Below are positions 12,401 to 25,288 of a stretch of 64,000 nt of DNA, piece by piece. The position numbers and the translations under genes were made by a program. Position 1 is the stretch's first letter; each line of letters begins with the position of its first letter. The notes beneath the pieces were generated by a model that had not been told where the DNA came from, searched no databases, and was given only the letters and a program-made list of their open reading frames with translations. The DNA is from Macrostomum lignano (taxonomy: Eukaryota): positions 62,001 to 126,000 of the forward strand of contig NIVC01000186.1 of NCBI GenBank assembly GCA_002269645.1, written 5' to 3'.

Positions 12401-15400
12401 AGAAGTTTGAACTCTTTTGAAGTAGAATTCTGATTAGAGATGCGAATAAACAGTGGATACAGCGAATGTCACAAAATCACCAATCCAAGATGCACACCAA
12501 ACGAACAGCTGCCTGTTCCAATCTGAAAACCTGCAGAAGCAAATCGAACAGCAAGTGGGCACGGTAATGATCGATGGAAAACGGTTGTACAACTTCTCAT
12601 TCAGCGTGTACCACATGTACACGGAGCGGGATCCCGAGGTAAGCTAGCAGTTCAGCAGGGCTCACCAATTTCACGACCCACGGTTAACTGCTATACTCGT
12701 CAATATTTTGTTGCAAAAACTTTCAGACCAAAGAGAACCTGAAGGAGATGAACGATGTAATCTTGCCTATCGCTAATCTGCTTTGGCGCAGCAGTCACTT
12801 TGATTTAGCTTAGATTGCATGACTTTATTTTTCAGCAACCGCTAAATAACATTTCAATTATCCACACAGTAAATTAATTTCGCATTTTTGCATGGTGAAT
12901 AAGCTGCTCAGTAGAGAAAGATAATATATTTACAGCTTGTTTGCTTGGATCGTCTGTTTTAAACTACTTAAAGTACGAGCCGTAGCTATTGAATGCTTTT
13001 TTACTTAGCGATGATAAATGCGCGCACAAGTCATTGGTTGGGGGACTAAAAGAACCAAGAATAACAGACAATTCTTGCTTCTGAACAAAGACATCTTGCA
13101 TCGTGTCGAAGGGGGAGGCCGTAGCCCAGTGGTCTGATGTGCCAGCGGCCCAGGCTCGATTCCCAGTGCAGTCACATTAATTTGGGACTAAATTGGAATC
13201 TCGGCTTGGCTCTGCTCGTGAAATTAACGGCCTTGAGAGCCACCCCCCCCCCCAAGGCGCAGTGAAGTGTACATGCCTAACTATAATATAAAGTTAGGGC
13301 CGCTGTACACTCCTGTGTGAGTGTGTGCCTGCGTACGTATCCGCGCGCTTGTGTGCCTGCTCAGGGGAGTCGGCGGAATGGGCAGTAATGCCTCTCGCTG
13401 GTTGTGTGCCAATGTCGCTTAAAATGCGCCAGGGTGCACACAACCCCCCTGCTTCTAATAAAAAAACCGCCCTAAATGCTGAACCTTGAATGCATTTTAA
13501 CTGAAAATCAATACCAACATTTTTATTTTTGTATGCCCGCACTGCTTGATTTAGTGGAACTTACCGCTAAGCTTAAATGTGCGAGAAGCATTAGCTTGAT
13601 AGTTCATCACTGTCACTGCCGATTAGACTCATTAAATAAGACTGAAGGCTGGAATGCATTCACCGCGCTTCAGTTTGCCACCTGGACGGCGCAAAAGGGA
13701 TTCGTCATGGCCCCAGGAGCCAGCAACCGGCATCAGCGGCACTTTCGCGAGTTCATGAACGAGCTGAACCTCACGGTGGTCACCGTCATCGATCCGCCGT
13801 TCAGCTTCGAGCGCGATTTCGACGACAACGGAAATCGATTGTATGGCAACGACAGGTGGACCGGCTTCTCTATCGAGCTGTTCAAGCGGGTGGCTTCTGT
13901 GCTCAATTTGACGTGAGTCTGGGCGCGTATTAGTGCCTTTAGTGTCTCAGTGTTTATGGTTTAGAGCGTCACCCCTTGAAGCAGCCACTATGAGGGAGTC
14001 ACCCCGCTGTGATGGAGTAGCAGATGTGAGCTGGGTCGGGTCTCAAAACTTCTGTGCCGGTTTCTGAACACCTGACCATCTTGCAGTGAGTCAGGCGTAT
14101 TCAAACCATCATCTGGTAACTGGACCATCGGTACAAATTCCGCTTCAGCTACACAATTCGAGTCAGCTCAGACGGGCAATTCGGCGGCCTGGTTGAGAAC
14201 GACTCAGATGAGCAGGTTTGGTCAGGAACAGTCGGCGAATTGATGGCCGGCACAGCCGATGTGGCCGTGGCCTCTCTAGTCATCACCTACGACAGGGAGC
14301 GCGTGAGAGCTGCACAGCATGCTACTTACACTCATTCTCAAAATTTGAGTCACGTTAAAGCAATGAGGCTCTAATCCATCAATAGGTCGTGGACTTCACC
14401 ACTCCGTACACAAGCCTGGGCCTGAGCGTGATCATGAAGAAGCCGGAGCAGCAGACCGACCCGCTCCAGTTCATGCTGCCCTTCAGCGGTCGCGTGTGGA
14501 CCTGCATGCTGCTGGCCTGGCTGCTCACCAGCCTGCTCATGCTAGTGTGCGCCAGGCTGAGTCCCTACGAGTGGTACTCGCACAATGACTGCGTGCCAGT
14601 TGTGGAAAACCAGTTTGGTGCACTGAACAGCATGTGGTTCACCATTGGCTCCCTGATGCAGCAGGGTGAGTGGCAGAATCCTATATGAGCCGCCCTTGGT
14701 CTGCCTGACACAGTGGTTGTTGGCTGTTGGGTATCCGGGGTCCACGTCGTGTTCTCTGGAGTGGGAGTCCGTGAATGTTAATAATAATCGATTACACCTG
14801 TCCCAATTGGACCAGATGTGCAACCGACAGCTCAGCCGCAGCTATTGAGCGGCGCATCTGAAAGCTGCGTACGGCTGTTCAGTCCAAGGACTGGGGGGGG
14901 GGGGGGTCGCCACACACACCCTCAATTACCCCAGCTAGTTCTGGCACCCATTTTACAGCTGGGTGAACTGAAGCAATGCTGAGGTATGTGTCTTGCTCAA
15001 GGACACTTATTGTTCTGAGTGGATCGAGAATCGAACCCACGACCTTCAATTCGGAGTCCGTGAAGCTCTCCAAAAAACCCGATTTCATTTGACTGTGGAG
15101 ACGCGGTATTCGGTGGGTCAGTTGCGGTTGTTGATTGGGGTCGATTTTTTATTTTATTCAAGCCAAGTTCTCATATTTCCTTTCAGTAAGGCAACGGCTT
15201 TCGATGTTGAGTATTTTTAACCAAATTTAGAATGTCGATGAGTCAATAGAAGAACAGGGGTGGTGAGACGTGTTAGGCAGTGTCGGGATGGACGCAGGAT
15301 GGACTGGGTGGGTTAGGTAGCCACGATAGCCTACGTACAATTAAGTAATTAAGTACTTAAGATTTAATATCCCGGTAACATCCCAAAACCTCAGGATCCG

Positions 15401-18229
15401 ATTTGGCCCCAAGAGCCTCATCGACGAGGATGGTTGCGACAACCTGGTGGTTCTTCACCCTGCTGCTCATCAGCTCCTACACGGCCAACCTGGCCGCTTT
15501 TCTCACCACCAGCCGGCTCGGCAACATCGACAGCGTGGAAGCGCTGGCCAGCCAGAGCAAAGTGAAGTTCGGCTGTCCCGTTGGCGGGGCCATGTACAAC
15601 TTCTTCAAGGTAAATTGGACTGACAGGTGTGAGCAGTGTATGATTTGTAAACAACGACGAATATTTCTACGTGTAAAATTCGTTTTGTTCCTACGAATTT
15701 CAGAACTCGAAGATTACCGTCTACCGGCGGATGTGGGACTCCATGGTTTCCTGGAGCGCTAAAAACGAGTCGTTTGTCGGGAAAACATCGGAAGGAATCG
15801 GCCGGGTTCGGGAGGGAGGCTACGCCTACATCCTTGAGTCCACGTTTAACCAGTACTATCGAGAGAGAGACTGCGAGCTCACGCAGATTGGAGGCATCTT
15901 CAATCCCAGCAGCTACGCGTTCGCAGTACCGCAGGGCAGTGAGTGATCTCGATCCCAGATCCCGATCCCAGATCCCGATCCCAGATCCCGATCCCAGATC
16001 CCGATCCCAGATCCCGATCCCAGATCCCGATCCCAGATCCCGATCCCAGATCCCGATCCCAGATCCCGATCCCAGATCCCGATCCCAGATCCCGATCCCA
16101 GATCCCGATCCCAGATCCCGATCCCAGATCCCGATCCCAGATCCCGATCCCAGATCCCGATCCCAGATCCCGATCCCAGATCCCGATCCCAGATCCCGAT
16201 CCCAGATCCCGATCCCAGATCCCGATCCCAGATCCCGATCCCAGATCCCGATCCCAGATCCCGATCCCAGATCCCGATCCCAGATCCCGATCCCAGATCC
16301 CGATCCCAGATCCCGATCCCAGATCCCGATCCCAGATCCCGATCCCAGATCCCGATCCCAGATCCCGATCCCAGATCCCGATCCCAGATCCCGATCCCAG
16401 ATCCCGATCCCAGATCCCGATCCCAGATCCCGATCCCAGATCCCGATCCCAGATCCCGATCCCAGATCCCGATCCCAGATCCCGATCCCAGATCCCGATC
16501 CCAGATCCCGATCCCAGATCCCGATCCCAGATCCCGATCCCAGATCCCGATCCCAGATCCCGATCCCAGATCCCGATCCCAGATCCCGATCCCAGATCCC
16601 GATCCCAGATCCCGATCCCAGATCCCGATCCCAGATCCCGATCCCAGATCCCGATCCCAGATCCCGATCCCAGATCCCGATCCCAGATCCCGATCCCAGA
16701 TCCCGATCCCAGATCCCGATCCCAGATCCCGATCCCAGATCCCGATCCCAGATCCCGATCCCAGATCCCGATCCCAGATCCCGATCCCAGATCCCGATCC
16801 CAGATCCCGATCCCAGATCCCGATCCCAGATCCCGATCCCAGATCCCGATCCCAGATCCCGATCCCAGATCCCGATCCCAGATCCCGATCCCAGATCCCG
16901 ATCCCAGATCCCGATCCCAGATCCCGATCCCAGATCCCGATCCCAGATCCCGATCCCAGATCCCGATCCCAGATCCCGATCCCAGATCCCGATCCCAGAT
17001 CCCGATCCCAGATCCCGATCCCAGATCCCGATCCCAGATCCCGATCCCAGATCCCGATCCCAGATCCCGATCCCAGATCCCGATCCCAGATCCCGATCCC
17101 AGATCCCGATCCCAGAGTAAGTGATTCAGAGTTGGGCTTCAGACATTCTTCACTCTATCAGGACTCACTTTTGTCGCACGTTGCACTTCCAAGACGTACT
17201 ACTTCGAGACGAGCTGAGCGAGGTGATTCTGAAGCTGCACAAGGAGCAGTTCATCGAGGACCTGTCTGATGCCTGGATCAAGCGGTTCAACCTGACCGGG
17301 CCGCCGTGCAGCGAGGTGCACACAGGATCCACCCCAGACGGCACCCTGGACGTCGCCTCATTCGGCGGAGTTTTTGTCTCAATGCTGGTCGGACTGGGAG
17401 TCGCGGTGCTGCTGTGCTTCATCGAGCTGATGTGGCGCAGCGCTACCTTGGCGATGAGAACTCAAGTGAGCTGATGACTTTATTACTCAATCGGCAGGTG
17501 TCATTCATTAGAAATAGATTCAGTTGTCATCCTCTGGATTCCATCATCACCTGGATTCCATCATCACCTGGATTCCATCATCACCTGGATTCCATCATCA
17601 CCTGGATTCCATCATCACCTGGATTCCATCATCACCTGGATTCCATCATCACCTGGATTCCATCATCACCTGGATTCCATCATCACCTGGATTCCATCAT
17701 CACCTGGATTCCATCATCACCTGGATTCCATCATCACCTGGATTCCATCATCACCTGGATTCCATCATCACCTGGATTCCATCATCACCTGGATTCCATC
17801 ATCACCTGGATTCCATCATCACCTGGATTCCATCATCACCTGGATTCCATCATCACCTGGATTGGTGTGATTAAGTGTAAAGTGAAGTCATAAGAAAATT
17901 CTGTTTGCTTGGAGTTTACGCGAAGAAACTTGGAGTTTGAAGGCTGAAGGTTGCGCCAACTCATCCCGAGACTTCCCGCCGCTCCGCAGCGAAGCTTCGC
18001 GGATTTGTGCATCGAACAGCTGCGGCTCGCCTTCCATCTGGCCGTCAACCGCAAGTCGCCGCCAGTGAAGAGCTCTCCGGCGCTGCCGCCGCCGCGACCG
18101 ATGGTATCGCTGCAACTGCCGCAGCCGTCGAAGTCGCCAAAGAGAGAGCCGTCGATTGGTGGCAGCGACGACAGCGGAAATGGGTACGGCGAGACTTCCA
18201 TGGCAGTGGCTGCGGACACCCGACTGTGA
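9477..18229 (+). CDS. ionotropic glutamate receptor, non-NMDA (AMPA/kainate-like) type, paralog A, about 893 aa
   Basis: 15 phase-compatible exons: 9477-9591, 10540-10809, 10879-11054, 11141-11194, 11353-11463, 11986-12174 (GC donor), 12537-12638, 12727-12756, 13674-13912, 14149-14302, 14386-14665, 15395-15609, 15704-15938, 17194-17465, 17990-18229 (2682 nt). Signal peptide, ATD, S1 ([23 protein letters not shown]), M2 [12 protein letters not shown]3 [10 protein letters not shown]2 YAYILEST, M4 FGGVF. Confidence 0.93.
10090..10552. repeat. 45-bp minisatellite x10 spanning the acceptor of iGluR-A exon 2
   Basis: Unit TCTGCAGAGCTGTTTGATGCTGAGCAGTGTGCCTGACTCTCCCAG. Period 45 from 10090 to the true exon start at 10540. 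Confidence 0.95.
13111..13466 (+). mobile_element. tRNA-derived SINE (family 1), near full length, in iGluR-A intron 8
   Basis: Head with A-box-like TAGCCCAGTGG and B-box-like GGCTCGATTCC; AATAAAAAAA tail; homologous copies at 54361-54706 and 46144-46374. Confidence 0.8.
14850..15075 (-). mobile_element. second tRNA-derived SINE-like element (V-domain-like)
   Basis: Minus strand reads GGGTTCGATTC (B-box), then GTGTCCTTGAGCAAGACAC..CAGTTCACCCAGCTGTAAAATGGGT, resembling the V-SINE central domain from recall. Lies in iGluR-A intron 11; absent from paralog B. Confidence 0.55.
15951..17117. repeat. 13-bp tandem repeat, about 90 copies, in iGluR-A intron 13
   Basis: (GATCCCAGATCCC)n starts 12 nt after the GTGAGT donor at 15939. 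Confidence 0.98.
17532..17871. repeat. 17-bp minisatellite x20 in iGluR-A intron 14
   Basis: (CTGGATTCCATCATCAC)n. Confidence 0.97.
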
Positions 18230-18231
18230 AC

Positions 18232-18561
<330 letters not shown>

Positions 18562-19029
18562 TGAGAGTTTGTCATTCTGCTAGAAAATCGCCATTATGAT
18601 CACTTGATACTATCTATGCCGTGGCCCGGACACTAGTTAGCCCACAAGATAGTTATCCCAAGCATCTGAAAGATCCCATGCTTTTCAAACGGCAATGATG
18701 ACCGCCACTATTACAGCATCGAAGGTATTCAAGCAATAAACAAACTCTTTGCAGAATTCTTTGGAGCTCATGAAACTTTTTTCTTAACGCTGCCGAGCTC
18801 ATGAGATCCGTCATTTATTTCCTTTTTGATTCGATAAGCTTAGCTCAAGGAGTTATCGGATAGCTGTCCTGTGCAGTGACAGGTAGGCAGATGCAGTGGG
18901 AAACTTGTGCGAACAAGCAGAGCAAATATTGTCTGTCACCTGCAGCTGCGTTTGAGAGGGAATGAAATAGAGAATGCTTGCACTTTTCTCTCGGATCTGA
19001 AGATTTTGACCAGATCGCTTTAAAGTACA

Positions 19030-20728
19030 AGGAATAGAATGGATTGCTAATCTAGCCAAAGCATGGATGCAGGAATAGAATGGATTGCTAATCTAGCCAA
19101 TGCATGGATGCAGGAATAGAATGGATTGCTAATCTAGCCAATACACGGATGCAGGAATAGAATGGATTGCTAATCTAGCCAATACACGGATGCAGGAATA
19201 GAATGGATTGCTAATCTAGCCAATGCATGGATGCAGGAATAGAATGGATTGCTAATCTAGCCAATACATGGATGCAGGAATAGAATGGATTGCTAATCTA
19301 GCCAATGCATGGATGCAGGAATAGAATGGATTGCTAATCTAGCCAATACATGGATGCAGGAATAGAATGGATTGCTAATCTAGCCAATACACGGATGCAG
19401 GAATAGAATGGATTGCTAATCTAGCCAATGCATGGGTGCAGGAATAGAATGGATTGCTAATCTAGCCAATACATGGATGCAGGAATAGAATGGATTGCTA
19501 ATCTAGCCAATACATGGGTGCAGGAATAGAATGGATTGCTAATCTAGCCAATTCATGGGTGCAGGAATAGAATGGATTGCTAATCTAGCCAATACATGGA
19601 TGCAGGAATAGAATGGATTGCTAATCTAGCCAATGCATGGATGCAGGAATAGAATGGATTGCTAGTCTAGCCAATACATGGATGCAGGAATAGAATGAAT
19701 TGCTAATCTAGCCAATACATGGATGCAGGAATAGAATGGATTGCTAGTCTAGCCAATACATGGATGCAGGAATAGAATGGATTGCTAGTCTAGCCAATAC
19801 ACGGATGCAGGAATAGAATGGATTGCTAATCTAGCCAATACACGGATGCAGGAATAGAATGGATTGCTAATCTAGCCAATTCATGGGTGCAGGAATAGAA
19901 TGGATTGCTAATCTAGCCAATGCATGGATGCAGGAATAGAATGGATTGCTAGTCTAGCCAATACATGGATGCAGGAATAGAATGAATTGCTAATCTAGCC
20001 AATGCATGGATGCAGGAATAGAATGGATTGCTAGTCTAGCCAATGCACGGATGCAGGAATAGAATGAATTGCTAATCTAGCCAATACATGGATGCAGGAA
20101 TAGAATGGATTGCTAATCTAGCCAATACATGGATGCAGGAATAGAATGGATTGCTAATCTAGCCAATACACGGATGCAGGAATAGAATGGATTGCTAATC
20201 TAGCCAATACATGGGTGCAGGAATAGAATGGATTGCTAATCTAGCCAATTCATGGGTGCAGGAATAGAATGGATTGCTAATCTAGCCAATACATGGATGC
20301 AGGAATAGAATGGATTGCTAGTCTAGCCAATACATGGATGCAGGAATAGAATGAATTGCTAATCTAGCCAATGTATGGATGCAGGAATAGAATGGATTGC
20401 TAATCTAGCCAATACATGGATGCAGGAATAGAATGGATTGCTAGTCTAGCCAATACATGGATGCAGGAATAGAATGGATTGCTAGTCTAGCCAATACACG
20501 GATGCAGGAATAGAATGGATTGCTAATCTAGCCAATACATGGATGCAGGAATAGAATGGATTGCTAATCTAGCCAATACATGGATGCAGGAATAGAATGG
20601 ATTGCTAGTCTAGCCAATACATGGATGCAGGAATAGAATGGATTGCTAGTCTAGCCAATACATGGATGCAGGAATAGAATGGATTGCTAGTCTAGCCAAT
20701 ACACGGATGCAGGAATAGAATGGATTGC
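19030..20728. repeat. 41-bp satellite, left arm, about 41 copies
   Basis: Unit GGATGCAGGAATAGAATGGATTGCTAATCTAGCCAATACAC, with variants. Confidence 0.97.
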
Positions 20729-20732
20729 ACTC

Positions 20733-20927
20733 TGTTGTACTCTGCCCCCCCCCTTTCTCGGCACGTTGATTTTAACTCCTGTGTACATTGCATCATAGAT
20801 GTACACTTACTCTAGAGCAATCGATTACAGAGCTTTGAGCTCAAATATATAATAGCACCCCACGCCCAAGTCGGGGCTGTAAGCTTTTGGTTCATCTAAA
20901 CTTCTGTCTCTCGCGTCAATCACTACA
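20733..20927 (+). repeat. 5' LTR (195 bp)
   Basis: TGTTGTACTC...CACTACA, with an internal TATATAA. Confidence 0.95.
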
Positions 20928-20947
20928 CTGGCGTCGCAAGCTAAGCT

Positions 20948-23900
20948 ATGTCTACTGAAAACAGTGGCCAGACACGCAACGTTGTTCAACTGCAACTGCC
21001 TCCACCTGAGCCATTCAACGTCAACCAAGAAGCACACGCACTGTCATCACGGTGGGAAGATTGGTCGTCGCGCTTTCTGTGCTTCATCCACGCCTCCGGA
21101 GTCAAGGATCCGGCCCAGCAGAGACAAGTCCTGCTCTACACAGGCGGGAGGGAGCTGGCCGAGCTATACAAACAGCTGACCAACAGCGGAAACACAGTCG
21201 AAGAACTCATCAAGGCTTTCAAGGACCACTTCACAGGCCGCAGGTGCGTGGTGTTCTCAAGATACGAGTTCCGAAACTGCACGCAGCAACCAGGCCAGAG
21301 CATCGACGCATGGGTCAGTCAGCTATACAAGGCCGCAGAAAGCTGCGACTTCGACAATTTGCGCGACTCCCTCATCCGCGACCAGATTGTCGCCGGATGC
21401 AACACCGAGCAACTCAGAAGACGGCTACTGCAGACCGCCAACATCAACTTGCAGGATGCACTGCAGCTGTGCCGAGCCTTCGAAGCCGCTAGCTACCAGT
21501 CAGCGGCCATGGAGTCACGCCGCGACGAGACAGTCAACTCAATGAGGCGCACCAGAGGTGAGCAACAAGACGGACCATCGTACAAGCCTGGCAGCAAGTC
21601 CAAGTGCTACCGATGCGGAGAAACCGGGCACCGTAGCTGCGACGCGGCCAAAGGCAAAACATGCAACATCTGTAAAAAGGTGGGCCACCTGGCGAAGGCC
21701 TGTATGTCTAAGGGCAACTCCAGAGACCGCGTGCACACCATTGGCGGTCAGCATCAACACCCGGAAGAATCCAGCAAGTCACCAAGCGACGAAGGGGAGG
21801 TCTTCTGCCTGACTGCGAACAAGCTGCCGCTGATGAGCATCTCTATCAACGGTAAGCGGGTCGAGGCGCTCATCGATAGTGGCGCCAGCTGCAATGTCAT
21901 CGACCAGGCGACTTTTCAAGATCTCAAAACAGCCAAAACGCCACTGCTTCGATCAGCACGGCAGCTGTACCCGTTCGGCTCGAAGACACCACTGGCGACC
22001 GCCGGCAGAGCTGAGCTCCTTGTCAAAATCAGCGGTCTCGAGGAAGTAGTGGACTTCACAGTAGTGCAAGACCCGGGCGTCACCATTCTCGGAAGGGCAA
22101 CGAGCGAGAAGTTCAGAGTACTACGAGTGGGTCCGGCGCCGGAAACTCGCATCAACAGCATCGGGAGTGCCGACAAGGCAAAGGCAATGGAGTCCTCGAG
22201 TCCGGAGGCCAACTCAGCTAACCTTCCAGCAAACCTCCAGCTTGATAACATCCTCAAAAAGCACCGGGCGCTCTTCCAAGGAGTTGGCTGCGTCAAGGAC
22301 GTCGAAGTGAGCATCCGACTCAAGGACAACGCTATCCCAGTGTGCCACCCGCCTAGCCGAGTGCCAATCCACCTACGAGACGCAGCCATCAAAGAGCTCG
22401 ACGCCCAGCTCAGCGAAGGCATCATCGAGCGAGTATCTGAGCCTTCCGAATGGGTCGCTAGAATGGTAGTGGTACCAAAAAGCAATCCGAACCAGGTGCG
22501 AATCACCCAAGACCTTCGAGACCTCAATCAATACGTAGTGCCGGAGAAGCAGCCGATTCCGACCTTTGAAGAGGTCACAGACGAAATGGCCGGTTCACAC
22601 TTCTTCTCGGAGCTAGACATCAATAAAGCCTTTCACCAAATCAAGGTCGATCAGGAGTCACGCAAGTTTCTGACCTTCTCGACACCACTGGGCTTAATGA
22701 GGCTCACGCGCCTCTGTATGGGTTTCACGTCGGCTTCAGAAATTCTACAGCGTGTGATGTCTACAGTACTCAGCGGCCTGCCAGGAGTGAGATGGGTGCA
22801 CGACGACATCATTGTGTATGCCCGGGACATCCAGGAGCACAACAGTCGCCTAGTCAGCTGCCTTCAGCGTCTTCAGGGACACGGCCTGACTCTCAACCCG
22901 TCCAAGTGCAAATTTGCGGTGCCGGAGGTCAACTTCCTGGCCATGCGACTGTCGGCAAAAGGGATCCAGCCAGCTGAAGCCAAGGTGTCGGCGATCAAAA
23001 GCTTCAAAGAGCCAACGAACGCCTCGGAAGTCCGCTCCTTCCTCGGTCTGGTTACGTTTGTCAGTCGCTTCATGCCAGGCCTGGCGGACATGACGAAGCC
23101 GTTGCGGGACCTGACCAAGAAGAGTGCAAGCTGGCAGTGGGGCGAGCAGCAGGCCAAGGCTTTTCAAGAAGTCCGAGATCGCATCGCAGTCGACAGCACA
23201 CTGGTCTTCTTCGACAAGCACCGGCATACCGAACTCGTTGTCGACGCCAGCCCCATCGGACTCGGCGCCATTCTTTGCCAGATTCAGTCCGACGGCTCAT
23301 CCAAGCCGGTTGCATTCGCAAGCAGAGCCCTATCGGCAGTCGAGTCGAGGTACTCACAGACGGAACGGGAGGCTCTCGCAATCAAGTTCGGCTGCCTGAA
23401 ATTTCGACACTATCTCAGCGGCGCCGCCAACTTTACTGTCGTCACCGACCACAAGCCGCTGACCTTCATGCTCAAGCCCGGCTCGCGCCCACCTCCACGC
23501 ATCGAGCGCATGGCGCTCAGCATCCAGGACATGCAGTTCAGCGTCATCTATCGGCCAGGCCCGTTCAACCCGAGCGACATCCTCAGCCGGCAGCCAGAGC
23601 CCGCTCCGACATCGATCAACATCGGCGAGATCCTGGACACAAACTTCATCGGCAGCATCGCGCAAGCGGCGACGCCGAGAGGCCTGTCCCTGCAGCAAGT
23701 CCGGGAAGCCACGGCCCGTGATGCCATTCTATCGACTGTGCTGTCATCGTTGAGAACAGGCAATTGGGATCTGCGGGACGACAGCATCCGACGACTGCAC
23801 GCCGCCAGGCACGAGTTGACCGAGGCTTCTGGCGTTCTGCTGCGAGACCAAAGATTGGTAATCCCAAAAGCCCAGCGGCCCGTTGTCCTGCAGCTGGCTC

Positions 23901-24992
23901 ATCAAGGACATCAAGGCGAGACCAAAACACTGCGCCGACTCAACTCCAAGGTCTGGTGGCCCGGAATGTCAGCTGAGGCCAAGCAACTGGTGGCACAGTG
24001 CCTGGAATGTGCGGCCACTAACCATCAAGCGGAAGTTTCGGCAGCCCCACTGCAACCGACTGAGCTGCCAGAGTCTGCCTGGTCCACTATCGGCATCGAC
24101 TTTCTTGGACCTGCCAACGGTCGACATTTCCTGGTGATCATAGACCACTACTCGCGCTACCCCATCGTCGTGGCGATGAAGTCGATCACAGCTGACCGCA
24201 CCACCAGACAGTTACAGCAGGTCTTCGCGACCTTCGGGATTCCCCAGCAAATCGTGACGGACAACGGTCCGACATTCACATCAGAAGCCTTCAGGAGTTT
24301 CGTCACAAGCCACGGAATCAGCCACCGGCGCATCACACCGTACCATCCCGAGGCCAATGGCATTACCGAGCGAATCAACAGGTCCCTGAACAAGCTGCTC
24401 CGCATCTCCAACGCCCAAGGAACCGACTGGAGGACGGCATTGCAGGAGTGGCTCGCCGCGTACCGCAGCACTCCGCACACGGCCACAAGGAGTCGCCCCA
24501 GCCGACCTGATGTTCGGGAGACCAGTCCAAGACTGCATTCCAGGAGTCAAGCCGCAGGCTGCAGCAAAGACGGTCAGGAACAGAGACCGTCAGTACAAAG
24601 CCGCCATGAAGCACTACGCCGACGCGACAAGATCAGCCACAGAGCATCGCATCCAAGCTGGCGATAAAGTCCTCCGCAGAAAAACCCAGCCATCGAAAAC
24701 GGATACGCCATTTGAAATTCAGCCTTGGACAGTCACGGAGGTCAAAGGCGATTCTGTCATCCTGGAGAGCATGGGCGGCAGCAACTGCATGCGCCACGCC
24801 AGCGACGTTAAGCGACTGCCAGAGCGGCCAACAGGAGACGGACCAGACGAGACCGGCAGTCCAGAAGGCGACCCGACGGCCGCTTCGGCCCCCGCGGAGC
24901 CGCCGGCCGCCGCCGGTGCGGGGGAGCTGCCAATCGCGAACCGTCCGCATCCAAGAAGCTGCAAACTACCGCATCCCAATTATAGGACCTGA
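20948..24992 (+). CDS. gag-pol: gag-pol polyprotein with an apparent +1 frameshift near 24487 in the integrase C-terminal region
   Basis: Zinc knuckles CYRCGETGHRSC and CNICKKVGHLAKAC; protease LIDSGAS; RT WVHDDII; RNase H VDASPIGLG..YSQTEREAL; integrase HQGHQG..WWPGM..CLEC, GIDFLGP, TDNGPTF, PYHPEANG. Removing one A at 24487-24488 restores TATGVAPADLMFGRP and joins ORF 24510-24992. Confidence 0.95.
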
Positions 24993-25094
24993 TTTTTTTC
25001 GTGCAAAACTGACGAACCTATAAACCTCTTTTTGCTTTTTTTGCGCATGACATTCATTTTTTTTTAATCCGTTAATCTCCGCGAAGGGGAAAGA

Positions 25095-25288
25095 TGTTGT
25101 ACTCTGCCCCCCCCTTTCTCGGCACGTTGATTTTAACTCCTGTGTACATTGCATCATAGATGTACACTTACTCTAGAGCAATCGATTACAGAGCTTTGAG
25201 CTCAAATATATAATAGCACCCCACGCCCAAGTCGGGGCTGTAAGCTTTTGGTTCATCTAAACTTCTGTCTCTCGCGTCAATCACTACA
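25095..25288 (+). repeat. 3' LTR (194 bp)
   Basis: Identical by eye to the 5' LTR except C8 versus C9 in a homopolymer. Confidence 0.95.

Larger units (their letters stand above)
20733..25288 (+). mobile_element. full-length Ty3/gypsy (Metaviridae) LTR retrotransposon, 4556 bp
   Basis: Direct LTRs TG..CA at 20733-20927 and 25095-25288; PBS-like TGGCGTCGCAAG at 20929; polypurine tract GAAGGGGAAAGA at 25083-25094; domain order Gag-PR-RT-RH-IN. Confidence 0.97.

Noticed and set aside
14640-14780. GluA2-like Q/R editing complementary sequence in the conserved intron 11 start
   Set aside because: I found no convincing reverse complement of the exon around ATGCAGCAGG in the shared intronic 100 nt. 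Gene conversion explains the conservation more simply. RNA folding and RNA-DNA comparison would settle it.
15774-17124. Long ORFs of 448 and 393 aa ([13 protein letters not shown] repeats)
   Set aside because: They are read-through of a stop-free 13-bp intronic repeat lying between a clear GTGAGT donor and the next iGluR exon.
21052-24614. Many short alternative-frame and antisense ORFs within the retrotransposon
   Set aside because: Expected shadows of a GC-rich coding sequence; no motifs.
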